Shown: piece after piece, positions 36,401 to 51,400 of the stretch
Numbering within the stretch: position 1 is the stretch's first letter
Layout of the letters: every line of letters starts with the position of its first letter
Source of the DNA: Lingula anatina
Taxonomy: Eukaryota; Animalia; Brachiopoda
DNA length: 64,000 bases
Direction: 5' to 3'
Assembly (NCBI GenBank): GCA_051362555.1
Contig: CM120640.1
Location: 12,028,001 to 12,092,000, forward strand
Position numbers and translations under genes: made by a program
Notes under the pieces: model-generated
What the model saw: only the letters and a program-made list of their open reading frames with translations
Databases searched by the model: none
Told to the model about the DNA's origin: nothing

Positions 36401-39400
36401 AAAGTTGCCTGTGTGTGTTCCGCTCCAACCATTCTTCTTTTCTACACAGAAAGAAATGGGGGCCCAATCAAAAATTCCTCATGCTGAGTGATGCAAGTCC
36501 CAGTCACACCCAGTTCAAAGCATGTATTAAACTTGCAGATCAGCTTGACAGCACTATAACCACAAGTATTATATAATTACAGCTAAACCAAAGGAATATT
36601 TTACATTTCTGGAATAAGAAAGTAAAAACATACTGAAATACTCATATTGCAAATAGTGCCAACCATGAAATTTTAGAAAAGGGTGTAAGCATGAGCAGAC
36701 GCAAAAAAAAAGTGTCCCAAAAACAAGCTAACAGGAAATGAAATGATCCCACATTTCCTTGCACCATAAAATCTTCAACTTAAAGCAATGTTAAAAGTGT
36801 GTGAAGGGGACCACAAAATTCTTGCTTTCAATGTACTTTTATTCCTGAATTAGCAGCAAAAGACTAAGATTTATTAGCACTTTGAGAAAGATGGTTATAA
36901 ATAGAGAGGTATTTGTATTCTAACATATTTTATTATCACTCATTTTGGTGTGAAATACTGGAATCATTCTCTACATTTCAGAAGTCAGTTTTCTTTAACA
37001 ATCTTCACAGAGCAACAAAAACAGCCATCAGCTTGTCAAGTGATTGACTGTTTTTTCCTCAAGGGAAAATGAAAGAAAAGGTGTCTGCCATCAATTTACA
37101 CAAGAGACCCTATAAGTAATATAAAACTGCATAGTTCTGTCTTGTTCTCTTAGATTACTCCATCAAGTCAAGAGAGTAAAGTACACATTCTAGTCTTAGA
37201 ATGCTAGGGAACAAATTGACACTGGAGACTAAGTAAATTTAGATTTGTCCTTCCTTTATCAAGTCTTTCTCTTATGTGTACAGAGTTATGACAAACAAGT
37301 ATATCGTGACTTTGGGGTAGAGAGTTATATCACGGCATATTGGCAACTGATTCAATTCCAACCACAACTAACCTTTATTAACACGAATTGCATTATATCA
37401 GCTGCACAATGACGTTTTCTCTTATACAAGACCCTATATCTATTGCGTATGTGTGTGTATGCATGTACACGCATGCATATGTCGTTCTGATCAAAACCTC
37501 TGTGTCATAATGAGTGCAAATCTTCTCTTTCTGTTTCTTATATGTAAATTGCTCTAAGAGTTGACAAAGAAAACAATGTTTCAATTATGGATCACTTTGC
37601 AGGTAAATCACTAGCAGTGGCAGATGTTCAAAAGTGCTATCAAATTTCAGTTTTCTTGAACCAGAGTCATTAGCATATATAGGATAACTGGAACTGGAAC
37701 ATCATGGAAGAGAATCATCATCAAGAATAAATTAGTTTTTGAAATTCAAATTTATGATGCAGGTTCTGAGTAAGGAATGTCTTTTTTTTTTTGTAATCTA
37801 CATGCATTTCAGAACAAGGGTTGGCTTAAAAAAAAAGAATTGTCACTTTTAACTACCATTACCTTCAACCTTGTGGCTGGTATTGATGTATTTTTACCAA
37901 TGTCATTAAATAATGCATCAAAATACAATATGCTTAGGGTCAATCTAAAGGCACCCAGGAATAAAAGCAAATATCAGTTCTGTCAACAGGAGTATAAAAA
38001 GATGATCAATGCATAGCAAATCCTGCAGGTGTTTATCAATATGAAATCCAGACGAAGCAAATACAATTTACATGGCACCAGAATTATTCTTTTCACAAAA
38101 TGGAAAAAGTATAATACATAAATACATTTCTAACACTACACAATTGAAGGAAACGCCCAGTCTTACCACCAGGGCAGCCCAATATTCAAGGTCACATTAA
38201 GATACACCTCGCAGCTTTCAAGGTCAGTCAACAGTACTCATTTACTACTATTTAATTCCCAAAAACTTCAAATTTACAAAAAGTCAAAATTCATATTGTC
38301 AATATCACCATAGGTGAAGTTTGACTCAGCTCTGATGATCACAAACTTTTACTTAGAAATCTTGTCCAAGTAACAAAAGCCCATTGTAATGCTGCTCCTT
38401 ACCACGACTTCTGTCTTGAGTTCTTTGTGGGTTGAGAACTGTACATAGGCTGTCCGGCCCCTGATGTTTGCAGGGACCTCTGTGTGATAGCTGACCATGG
38501 TGGAGGCCTGATTCTCGTCACCAAACTCCAGGAATGCCTGGAAACAGAAAGGAATATATTCAACTGAATTAGTTTCATTACTGTTTATGTCTTTAATTCA
38601 TTTATTCAATACTCCTGCAAAAGTGCACAACTGTCTTTCAAAAACATTTTTCACAAATAAAACCTTAAATCATAACAGTGACCTTAAGCATATCCTGGTG
38701 CTAAAAAAGTAAAGTCAAAAACTTGAGACATCTATATGTCAGTCTACATTATCAATATCATCTTAGCTAATACTTAAGCAAACAAGGCAATGAATCTCAT
38801 ATCAGATGTGTCAGCAACTCATCTGTTTTACTTCTATCAACTATTTTTTTCATTTCATTTCCTGTTATTAACAGATGATCCTATCAACACACCAGCACAC
38901 CTGCCTAGGTACAAACCCATTAAGAACACCACGTCCATCATCCAGCATTGTGTTCTATCACTACAGGGAAGTTGAAAAGTTCAAACACCTCTAGTTCCAC
39001 TACAATTACCAGCTTTGAAAAAGATTGGGTCTAATAATGTTTAAGTGCATGCTGCCTTACTTTCCAGCTGCTATCTGTTTGGTGTCTTCACATGACAACA
39101 CGAGTTCCAATCTTTTCTACTTACAAAAGGACTTTGTTACAAATGCAATCATGCAAGTCTTCAATGTCAATGGAACCCTTGCATGTTGTTCCATGATCAC
39201 AATCATGTTTAACACCTTGAAACAGCCAAGTGATGAATTGGTACACGGGGTATTTAAAGGGAACATTTGTACAATCTGCCTTCAAAGTAAAACCATTAGA
39301 TGGGTATATGTTGTTAGCTTGTAAATTCAGAATAAAAAATTCAGCCACAGAGCAGTTTTCCAGGCCCAATTGCAAGGTACAAGAAAACCTACATATGTAG

Positions 39401-42400
39401 GATTAAAAGCACCTGTACCAAAAAATACATAACCACCAAGAGCGATGATTAGAGAAGTGTAATTTTAACCCCATGGGAACTTCATCAGAAACACACACAG
39501 CTAGCATGCAACACCTTTCAATCGAAAAACCATGTATCCTGGACTTGACACAAGAGAAGCTCTAAACTAGCACCTCTCTGCTGGGTCGGGCCAATAAAGA
39601 TGCAGTTATTGCAGGCATTAAACAGATCAGAGGAGACATGACATTTCATATCTGTGTGCTGACTCAGTATCCCAGGTGAGAGCCAGCAGGGACCCCTCCA
39701 TCTTAACAGCAAGGCCTTGGTGCTCAGCTGAGAATCAAAGCTGTGGTAATGAAGCCAATTTCCTATATGTCCGCTGTGTCTGCCGAGTAGACATGAAGGG
39801 ATAAATGAAATGTCTTGACAGGCAAACATAAACCCTGCACCGTGCTGCCATCCTATAACATGCATTTTGTTGACCTTGTATTGGCTTAATGGAAACCAAT
39901 CAAGTCTATTAACTTTAAATGACAGCAATAATAGATCAGCAATTGTCAACAGAAGTGTTATTATATAAAAGTGGTTTGTGTGAAATTGCATTTTTTATAT
40001 TTTCTCTCGGCCTTACTGTCCTTTTTTTATCTGAAGGGAAAGTTTTTCTTTCAATTGTTTTTATATTTATCTGTTTATCTATTATTATTGCCATTATTAT
40101 GTTAATTACCCCATCTGAAAAAAATGTTTCAGATCTAGATCCCAGAGAGTATGCTCCTAGACATGCATTCTTGATCAAGATACGCAACAAACAGCTTAAA
40201 ACAGAAGGAAAACCTGTGCAGAAGGCACTGTGCACTCATCACACCACCCAACCGGGAACACTTCTAATAAAATTCTCCATAAAAATGTAAATTTCTACCA
40301 ACTAAATCTGATGGGAATCCTTGGTAAAACTGCAAGTGTGCCAAATGAGAATATATTCCATGTTCTCACTATTCAGAAGTGGAACAGGTGAATATTGAAT
40401 AGCCTGTGACTGCACCTGCTGCTACGGAAGAACTTGAAATATCAGTCAAGGGTCAGAGATTGGAAATCCAATTCACCACAATACAAGCTTTTCCAATATT
40501 CAATTATCAGCCTAGTTTGGTTTCTGGTATTGCATAACAAAACAATTATGCTGTTTACAATAATAGAGACAGAGCATCCATCTTTGACATTGCAACATTC
40601 AGTTATTTCTGAAAGGAGAGAGATTTACTCTTCCGAAACCGGTCAAAATCCATGCATATTTCCTTTCATTTACCCAAGTTGGCATTTTGTCATACAGTAT
40701 TGTATGTATTTTTGCAAAGAAATCACATTTGGCAACTGGGATAGATATTGCCAAAGAAATACAGCACTACCTGGAGCAAAGCCCATATTCTGTCTAAAGG
40801 TACTTAAAATTGCTTCAGTGGCTACTATGAGATGACCTTCTATTAGATAGCAATTAGCTTTCAAACCTAAAACAACTTATTTTCCCCATTTTCACTGTAG
40901 ATGACTTTTTCAAATAAGCTGTTAACACTGTAAGTGGGAAATATTTCAAACCAATCATACCTGATTCTTTTTCTTCATGACCAAGACATTTGTTACTTTG
41001 CCAAATGGCAGACCAAGGGCCACCACTTCTGCTTCCGAGGCATCGGTGGGAATGCTGCGAATGTGGACCACTTTGGAAGGGGGACCCACCTGGCTCTGAT
41101 CCAATTTAACCTGGAAACAAAGAAAAATGTGAATAAATTATACAATTCATTTGAATTGATATTTTCTTTTTTTACATTAAATATTGCTGTGTTACTTATT
41201 TTTGTAACAAAACCATCTTATTTGCATGCATTTTTCTATATAGTAAACAACAACCACAGTGAGAATTTCTTTCACATAATATTAATTTCTGTATCTTTGC
41301 ATTTTATAATTGGTATTTCATGATAAAACTTCTAGCCAGAGAGATATACAATGTGTTCTGAACTAGTGAGTTACTGCAAGGAGCCCTTGACTCCTGACAT
41401 ATATAGAAGAATATAAGATTCATCAAACTAAACATTTAGATGAAATATTCAAAGTCAAAGGAGCATTTTCTAAATACAGCATTATGGATGATTTATAATG
41501 CTATTTTTAAGCAATTCAGAAAAGGGCAGCTGGGCATATATTCTTACAAACCAAATTCTGGTCAATTTTTTCCCCTTTATTTTCATTAATAATACAAAAC
41601 AAAGTCTTCTTGACAATTTATCAATATATCTTTAATATGTGCATATTTTCACTTGCCCATGCCATGCCAGGCAAAATTGCTGCAGTTCACAGCCACCATT
41701 TTTCAAGTACCTGTATACATCATGCACAGTCTGACTTGCTAAGTAAACTGCAAGTGCACTTAGAACAATGGTGGTGCAGAATTTGAATTCACCTGAATCA
41801 GTCACACAAAACAATCTCTTATGTAAACCCGTGTAAAGGGAATGCAAACAGCCCGCCTCAAGGAATAAAGGGGTGGGGAAAGAACTATTGTCCAACCTTC
41901 ACTAATAGCGTTATTTGTACTGGAGTGGCTTACAAACATTTCTCTACCATCTACATATGAATATATAAGCTGGCCAAAACTGTTGTTAATGTCCTGTCAC
42001 AAAACTAATGCATCAAGATCTACCTGTAAATGTCCAACTTTTATTTATTTGCCAACGCAAAACTGAGACCCCACTGGCCATAAAATAACAACCTCAACTT
42101 TACACATAAAAGGTAAAATGTCTGTCTCAGCCCAGCCATTGTGAATGGCATGCTCTGATAATTCACACTTTTCCTAAGAGAGATGGAATACATGGAGCCA
42201 ATAGCCAATTTAGCAGCAAAATGCTCGTAAGTAATAATGTGAGGCCAGTACATCAAAGTCTCATCAATGATACAGTGTCCTCTCCCGTCATATTCTTTAT
42301 ACAAAATGCCACTTTCATGGGTGGGTTTGGATTTTACCAGAACCATCAAGTTCTATTACATTGCTTTTCCATAAAGATAAATCCATTATACTGAACTGCC

Positions 42401-45400
42401 CTCTCTGTAGTTAACTGCCAAAGGCACACCTTGAGGACTCATATTTCAATCCCAAGGGCCATCTTCCCATCCTGAACAACAGCCATAATAAAACCCCTTT
42501 TACAGCAGGTAAGAAATTGGCCCACAATTAAAGTCATAAAATGTCAGGTGAGACAACCAGGCACAATATAATCCAAGCCCATAAAGAGTGCAATCTCAAC
42601 TTACAGTTAGTGTGTCTGCACAGGATCCAGCCATGGTTCTACTACAGTAACTACTTTAATGAAATGAATTTGTAGTGTGCGGGTGCATACAGCATGCAAG
42701 CTCATATAATATGCAGGGTCTTTTTCGTTAAATTGCTGCTCAGCCACTATGCAAATAATGCAACTTTTCTTGTACAGTTTCAATGCTCTCAATGCATGTT
42801 GTATTCAATAAAATTTATTTGCTATAAAAGTTTATTTGTGTTCTCACCATTCAAAGCTTAAGCGGTATTTACAGTCCTAAAAATCGTGGCACATTTCTAT
42901 CCATGCTGCAGGTACTTGACATTGGAAAATTGAGAGCTTGCACTGGCAAGGAAATGCATACTTCACAGATCCTTTCTGATCTTTCTGAATGCCCTTCAAC
43001 ATTTCTTTAATCCAACACCGTTCTTTTTTTTTCCCCCAATAGTGACAATGTAAATCTGTTACTTTACAGTGAATATTTCTATAATTATGACAGCAAAACT
43101 AACAAAAGAATGGTAAATTATTTATTTTTTTGGCATATGAGATCATAATGGAAGGCCATCAGGTTATTAAAACTAAATGGCAATTTCCAATTAGGCAAAT
43201 GGCAAGTGTGTCAGCAGACTTCAAAATTTATAGGGTGATGCTTAGTAACTATGAAACGGATAACAACAGGTCATTATGTGCACTATATTGTCACTTCATC
43301 ACCAGAAAAGTACACAATGTAGGTTAATATCACTTTTCATCCAAATCCATTCCATTATCTAATTAACTGAGTGGAGTAGCTCTCCTCCTCTTGTATATTT
43401 TATACAAACGTGCAGTCTGGGAAATGCTTTTCCACAGAACAGCCATTAGACATTGTACAATTTAATCTACCAAAAAGCCCCACTCAAAGTGGACGTTTGG
43501 GAAAACACAACTTCTCTGGTCTTCACAAAGCATGCCACAGCAGAACAATACATCGCGTCAACAGCATCAATAATTCACCACCCTCATTTGATGAGCGAGT
43601 TGCAATCATCAATCTACTTCATTACAATATGAAAGGCTACATCACCAGAGATCTGTTGATATAAATGAGGATATTGATTAAAAGAGAAAAGGGTACCGAT
43701 AATGGACAACAAGCTAAAATCAATTGGAATAGAATCCAGCTTTTAAAAGGGATAAACTTTTCATGTGTTACATTAGATGTGCACTCAAGGGAGACATGTG
43801 TTGACACACTGGAAAAAGTTACACAGAGAGAAGAGTAAGTCTGATGCTCTCTTGCCATCAATCAATATCTCCTGTTTGAATATTTTCTCCAGGCAGTTGT
43901 TGTCGTTATCACGAAAACAGCATAAACACCATGTAGCACATGCAACAGCACGCAGTAAGGGAATACAAGGGATACATTTACCACACCACAGTCAGTCTTC
44001 ACCTGAGCCTTCCTCTTGGATCATATTACCAGCCTGCATTATTGATCAGGGTTTGTCATAGAAATCTTTGCTTCACCTGCTGCATTAAAATACATGAACC
44101 AATTTCTTTGCTCGTCTCTTGTTACCAACGTTTCAACAAAGTTTGAATAAAGAAGGCAATTCGAGACCCTGACATTCTCCCTATCTTTGACAACCATCTT
44201 ATTATGTTAAAGCTATGGAACTGGTTTGGTTTATCCAACAACTTGTGGTTATTTTTTCTTAATCTTGCCAAACTTTGACAGCCAGGAGGTCAGCTGTGGT
44301 TTTTTCTTCTACTAGCATCCTGTATAAACATGCTCACACCTTTTGTCAACAGATGGACTACTACTGATTAGTGAAGTACTTCTTTCTGAAAGTCACTTCT
44401 GAACAAAAAAGGGGAATTTGGTATGGTGTTCTAGTCAGATTTCAAGTGTTTTATATGTAAGATGAGGATGTATTTGGAATGTCTGAAAATGGCTGGGTGC
44501 TGTGTTTTCTTGTCTGAGACTGTGTCATGCTGTGAAAGAACTTAACTCGTTTATTCTTATTGAAATTTTCTCCCTATCAACTCAAATCAACAACAAAACA
44601 AAAGTTACACCATAAAAAATTCTGAATTTAGACTGTCAATAAATAATTCCATCGCCTGTCATGCACTGCAAGCTGTTGCATTCAAAACAGGACAATAGCA
44701 TTTATGTCATTATTTCCTTTCACAACACTACATAATCAGCCAGGACCCATTCAAATTGCAATCACAATTGAAACCTTTATATCTCATTCTCTCTTTAAAA
44801 AATGTTTTATGGCAATAGGCTGGGAATTAGATTAGATAAGATTTTAAGAACTCAGACAGGCAAATACTTCAACAGTTTGAGTTAAGTCTTAAAATCTAGA
44901 AGCAAGAACACTTAATAAAAGATCCCCTGCTTCTTAAGCAGGATTATCAAGGGGAAACTATTCACGAGTTCAGTTTGCTTTTCACTAATAAGGCTCCTGC
45001 TGAACATTTCATGGCACAATAGCTGAGACTTAAGTGTCTCAAGGTAAATGTTGAAGACACACCTTTACCAAGCCAACAGGTAAACAAACTCAATAAGACA
45101 CCTGGATCTGAAGATCTAAGAGGTCTTGTTGGAAATGATGGAGTTCACTTCAGGAGTATTAAGTGACTGCATCCTGACAAACGGGCACCTGGGGGACTTT
45201 TTGATGAGACTCACTCCCACATGGAAGTCTCGTCTTCCATTGAAATTCACACAATGAAAAATGCCTCCAGTGAAGACGGGTTACAGGAATTTCTTTCAAT
45301 ACTAAACCGAAAATAAGTGTGGGAATTTTATTTCCATTTACCTCCCTTACACAGCAAATCATCTTTCATTTCTTTCTTACCTTCTTTTTAACCCCACAAG

Positions 45401-48400
45401 ATCAATTCAACTGCATTTTTTCCTCATTCTAAATGGTAACTTTAAACCACACAAGTTTTCTAAAATTAAGCAAATTCTACAGGAAGCACTGGAACAGTTG
45501 CCACTGGTCAAAAGTTCAAAATTGATTACCACGCAGAAAGAATTCATGATATGTCACATGATACAACTTCCCTTTTGCTTTCTCCAGAATTTGTGAGAAA
45601 AGTCATATTGTTCTGGAGTTTAAATGTTGGTTTCTTTTTTTATATGATATTACTTCCTACTCAAACCTCACGAAACATAAGCTAAATAAAACCATTAATT
45701 CACAATCAGCAGGTTCTAAAATTGTTGTTTGAAAGGTGTCATCTGTCTCACCTTTTTTGCATCATTGTTTGCATCCATGACTGTGAGAGGAGAGGCTCCG
45801 TTTGTAACCATAGGGAGTTGTGAGTGACCTAAAAGCTCATCAGATCCACGCTGGAAAAAATAAAGAAGAGAACCAATATGTTAAGTCCTACTAGCAAACA
45901 GACTGAAAGAAGACTGAGTCATATTCACTCCTCTTCCAGTTATACATAATACATTATTTCAGCAGAAATTTACCTCCATTGCCACCATCACTTTCCAACT
46001 GAAAAATATGATTACAAAATTATGATGAGTCAGCAACAAGTGCTACAGAAAAAAAACGAAGTTTTAGTAAACAAGATTTAAACAACAACTAAACCAAAAC
46101 AGTCCATTCCAATCAGTACTGTCTGGAAACTAGATGTGGCAACGTATGCTGGCACTTTCTTTCCATCTCTCCTGCATAAATAAATTATAACGCTGCATGA
46201 CAGTGAAATCAAAATGCGGTTTCAGGCACGCTCCACATATATAGAAAGAAGAATATTCAGCAGTTCCCTACCTTCATGCCCTGCACATACAGAGGCTGCT
46301 GTGCTGGGATGGGAAGTGTAACAGGCACCTGCGGGGTCTGAATAGGTGATAAACCATAGTATGCAGACGGTGGAGGACTGACCTTCGAGAATGACAGAAG
46401 CATGGAGACCTTTAAATTTGACTGACCAGGGTGGTGTCACAAAAAAAGTCTCAATGTATTTCCCCACGTGAGCTCAGATTGTCCGTTGTCGTAGTAATGA
46501 TAATGTACAATGTGTACAATATGAGAGTTTCTCACCGGCAACCTTGTCCTATAGTGAGAACAGCGCAGAATGAGGTTCCCAGGCAAACTGACTCTTCTCC
46601 AACTAATCTCCTCCTCCTGACTTGACAAGCACTAGTGTAGATGATGTGTGAGTGCCAAGTAAAAATAGCGCACTTCACTCTGTCCAACAAACTGGCAGGG
46701 GATCAATTAATGCTAATGCTTGACAAATACACACTAAATAAGTCCTGGGTCAACAATGGGACCTGCTGACCAAATGGATGGATAGCATTGGGACTGAGCA
46801 ATTATTGATATAACCACCCCATACAACTAGAGTTCCGCTTCCAAGCCCCTATTCAATTGCGCCTATGTAAATAATAGAACCTCCAAGCAATGACTCAGTG
46901 ACAATAGGAGACTATTTTAACCCCTCAAAATGTGGGCCTTTTCATTGGATGACAGCAGCGGCACCACCTCGATCTGGGGATTGTATCGAAATATCAAGCC
47001 ACTTTACTACCCTGATCACAAGTCTTTCCTATCAGCAACTTCTACCTCTCCCGATATCCTTCCTCCCCACAAAGTAGGCCTCTTCCCTTCCACACAGCAC
47101 TGATGCAGTTAAAAGCACCTGTTTAACAATAACATCCACCTGGATCACAGTCAAATCAATATCGCTTTCATAAATCAGAAAGTAAGCAGCCAGCTATCCA
47201 GCCATCTAGATCCATTCAGTAATTAGTTAAAGTAGTGGATTGGATCAGCACTGGCTATGAACAATATGAAAACTGAGGTAATATATTCTCCAAGTCCCAT
47301 TACCCTCCTTCCCTTGGGAAATCCTAAGTTAGAGGACCTTCAGCATCAATTTAGAGCTTGTGCAACCATTCATTCTGTAATGCAGCAAAGCTTCATAAAT
47401 AAGTAAAATGCAATTAGTGAGATACTTGCAAATTGTTCCATAATATGCAGGCCAAAAAGTACTGTCCTGAGTACGAACAGAAAAGAAGTCACAGTATAAA
47501 TAACACTTTCAATTCTTTAGTGAAACTGACAACCACAGCATGAATGTGATGGGCTGATATGGTTTGGATGTTTTTCCTTTTCCTTTCTTTGCTCAACACC
47601 AGATGGCAAGATAAAAACGCCTGCCTGCCGCCAGCGATTGCTTTTAATTATCTTTACAGCTACCCAGAACAAAGGACATGACATGCATTTTTCCTTTTCA
47701 AAGAATATGGAAAATGCATAAAAATTCCCCATCATGTTTTATAGTCTAAAAATCACATTTTTTAATGGGAAGGGGGGAGCAAATACAAAGCTCACTTTCA
47801 TAGCAGATGCTAAACAGAAAACAATTGTGCCAAAATAGAAAGTTTATGATAATCAAGGAGCATGGCAAACAGATTCAGTTTTAACAAACACAAGCTCCAA
47901 ACTTCAAATCAGTCAGCACCAATACAGATCCCCCGCATTCAAAGAGTTTTTCTTGGACATCTTCATTAGAGAAAGAATGCAGTTTATAAGGCAGGCACCT
48001 GTCCCTATCTACCCAAAATAAAACCGAGTAGCCACTGCTAATCAGGGTGTTTGCCTGCTACCTGTCCAGTGATGTAACAACACCCAGGTAGACTACCTCT
48101 GCTGTCCATCACAGATCAATAACTAGCTTCTTCACCAGGCTCAGCGTAATCTTTAAAAATATATTCTTTACCATTGCTTAACACCTTTGATAGATATGCA
48201 ATATTTTCAAACACATAACTGTGGAGCTTCAACCTAAAAATTGTATTTGACATTGCATTTGAAATGCTAACAAGTTGAAATTTTAAACTTACAACCACTG
48301 ACAAATAAGCTTAACTCTAGAGCATATGGCACTGTGATACAGCAGCTTATATCCCTGTTTCCCTCCATTAAATTTCACACGTTCTCAGACCAGTGATAAT

Positions 48401-51400
48401 TAAAAATAACAAAACCACACAAACCATAATGCACACAGGCTGTTGCAAACAATTAATTGTCATTAGGTTTATAAAAGTGGAAATAACTTGAAATTGATGT
48501 TGTCAGGACAAGATAATAATTAATGATTCAAACTCATAATATATATTTTTGTTACTGTTTTTCAGCCTGACAAGAGTAAAGGTAACCAATTTTGTTGAAT
48601 CTGACACTACAATTTCTTGATCCCACTTAAATTTGGTATGGACCGAGGGAATATAGTACCATTACACAGCTTCCATTAAGCAGACCTAATAGTATTCATT
48701 TAATGTATACTTAACAACAAGGGAGACTTGACATTACTTATGGAAAGATCTTATCTAGATTGCAGAGGAGAAAATGAACACAGTTATGGCCATCTGAAAG
48801 CAAATAAGTCACATAAGGGGAATAAAGGGCAAAAAACTTTCCATCAATCAGCATTTAATCTGCTAAAAGTATTTTCTAGAAATGTGACTGGACCAAATAG
48901 ACAGGAGCTGGGACAAGGGGCTATGCAGCTGGTGCCCATCTTCACTGTATTATTAGATTTTTCACCTGTTCACTAATTACACATTTCCCCAAAATTGTAA
49001 ATATTGGATCACCTGGTGCCTGTGGAAAACTGCATCTAAACTGGAGTTTATATGGTTCCTACCCAAGCAATGTATCTTCTAATGGTGCACTGCTACCATA
49101 TTAGGATTGGTTAAAAAGTTGTGAGTAAAATATCTGATAACGTCACCTCACTAAATACATGAAGAATCAATTATGTCACCCATCACATCAAATACAATCT
49201 GATGCACAAGGTAACCAATATAATGTTTGGTGAAAAAGTACATATGACCCTTGTGTTCTTCAGGTAATGTACCTAAAAAGTACACACATTACGTACTAGT
49301 ACTGCACACAATTTTTGAGCGACCAAAATACAAAGAGGGAATTTTGTTTAAAGATGTTATGAGTGTTAAACAGCTGTGTACATCTTTTCAGTTCACAAAT
49401 CTACACAATGAGTCAAATAGGGTAAATGCCACTTCAGCTGTATGTGAAAAGTCAGTTCATGACTCAACTAAGGAAAATCCTTAAATTATCCTAAATTTTA
49501 GTCACACTTAACCTTCTGCCCCCCCCCCTCCCCTCCCCCTCTTAACTGACATTTCCATCTTCCCTTCTTCGCGGATGCACAAGACTGCACCAACTGGCCC
49601 CAATCTTCTCCTTCACTAATCAAGTATTACAGCCTGCTAAGTGAGATTCAGAGTGGGTGGCATACCTGAGATGGCAAATAATAACCAAACTCTAGTGGTG
49701 CTTAGGAGCTCAGAGCTGGTGTTAAATTGTAATTTTGAGTAAAAAAATTATAATAATAAGTTGGCAAACTATTAGAAATAGCAGTCAAATTTATTATCAC
49801 CTCACTAGCATTTATAACCAGTTCCAATCCTTCTGAAGTTTATCAATAACACCCTGATACAGAATTAAAAAGAAAATATTACTATATCATAAGTTTTAAA
49901 TTCATTTAAATCTTCATTCATTTTGAATTCAAAAGTTTCAGACTACACATCCAGCTTTCATCAAGACTGTTTTCTTTTTAATAAAATGGAATAAGACATT
50001 ATCCCAGATGTCTGCATTAGTTCAAATTTTTTAAACAAGATAGAAGAATAAACTATCTTGTATCTTATCAAATTTGACAAAATACAAGATGCATAGATAT
50101 CATACAGTACTTAATGGCATACAGCCATCCTTCATTGCGTTGGCCCACCCTTGGATATCAACTAGAAATTGGGCTAAGTCTGTTAGACTGGTGTTGTGCT
50201 CTCTGACCTTTCAAACTGCTATAATTACCAGTGGGTCAGCAGGAGGGCAGGTAGAAAAGATATCAAATTTGCCAGCAGGGCAGCTTGGCTACACTGTAGC
50301 ACCTTTCTCACCCACCTTGGCAAGGGAATGTGTTAGTGATGACAGAGGGCTCTCGACCAATTTATCACTTTTTATACTTATCTTGGTGAGTAACTGCAAG
50401 AACGTGATCATGATAAAACATGATCTAAGTTTGCATTATTTTTAACCAATGCTCTATTACAATAAGTTGCATACAATTGTCAAACAAAAATCACCTGAGC
50501 ATGGAAGAAGATAAGCTAAAGAAGACAAGAGGTTTAAAACCAAACTCCATTTTGGCATTTTGGAGATACCTTGAAATAATAACTTAATTTCTAGAACTAA
50601 CAAAGGATGCCAGTAACTGTCAATTACCCATCTTAATCAGTAATAAAATCAACCATTAAATGATTTTAGTTTTTCCTCAACAAGGATATAAATGTAAAAT
50701 ATCAGATTTTTTGTCCTCAGTTTCCATACAACATTAATGTTAGTTTTGCTTATCAATACCACCTCATGTTCACACTGCAGTTGAAGCATTACCTGTAATG
50801 TAAATAGACTGGAGGCTGCTGTAATAGTTTAACAGGAACCATGCAAAACATACTCTGCTTAACCACGCCCAGGTAATCTATAGTGTAACCATCTGAGAGG
50901 GTTGACTTGGCCTTATTATTGCTTTCCATTTGCATCATACAGATGTAATGGCAGGCAGAATCAAAGGCAAATGTAAACACATGGTGAAGACATTGTTACA
51001 AGTCATGCATGCAGATGCACAATCTAGAAATTTCCTGGATAAACTTTGCAACATGTTAGGTCAGGTGTTAACATCCCTGGCATAACCATGTCTTCAACAT
51101 ATCTCAATCTTCAAGAAAAACTATTTTTACCACCCTTGCAGGAAATCTCCCAGAAATACACTGTTACCTGCATGGCACCTAGAGATCCTGGGGCTTGGGC
51201 AAATGGTAACTTCAAGATGAAAAGGATGAACTGCTCACTCAATGGAAGCCAACCTATAAATAAATTCCCTTCAGACCAGTCTCAAACGCATTTGCATCAG
51301 ATTTAGTCCCTTTTCTATCTACTTCAAATATATGCTTTGCAGTGGGCTGAGCACCTGTAGAACCCGCATAGCAGACCCTGACCTTGAAATTACACCCCCT

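Noticed and set aside
39518-40290. Longer ORFs (157 aa and 123 aa) and a GC-richer patch in a PTBP intron
   Set aside because: No recognisable domain, non-ATG or weak starts, and no convincing splice-site pair. It could be an enhancer but this cannot be supported from sequence.
49519-49540. C-rich tract (G-runs in the PTBP pre-mRNA) as a G-quadruplex; also the C/A homopolymers at ~53186-53224
   Set aside because: Low-complexity runs deep in introns with no supporting context, and prone to sequencing error.
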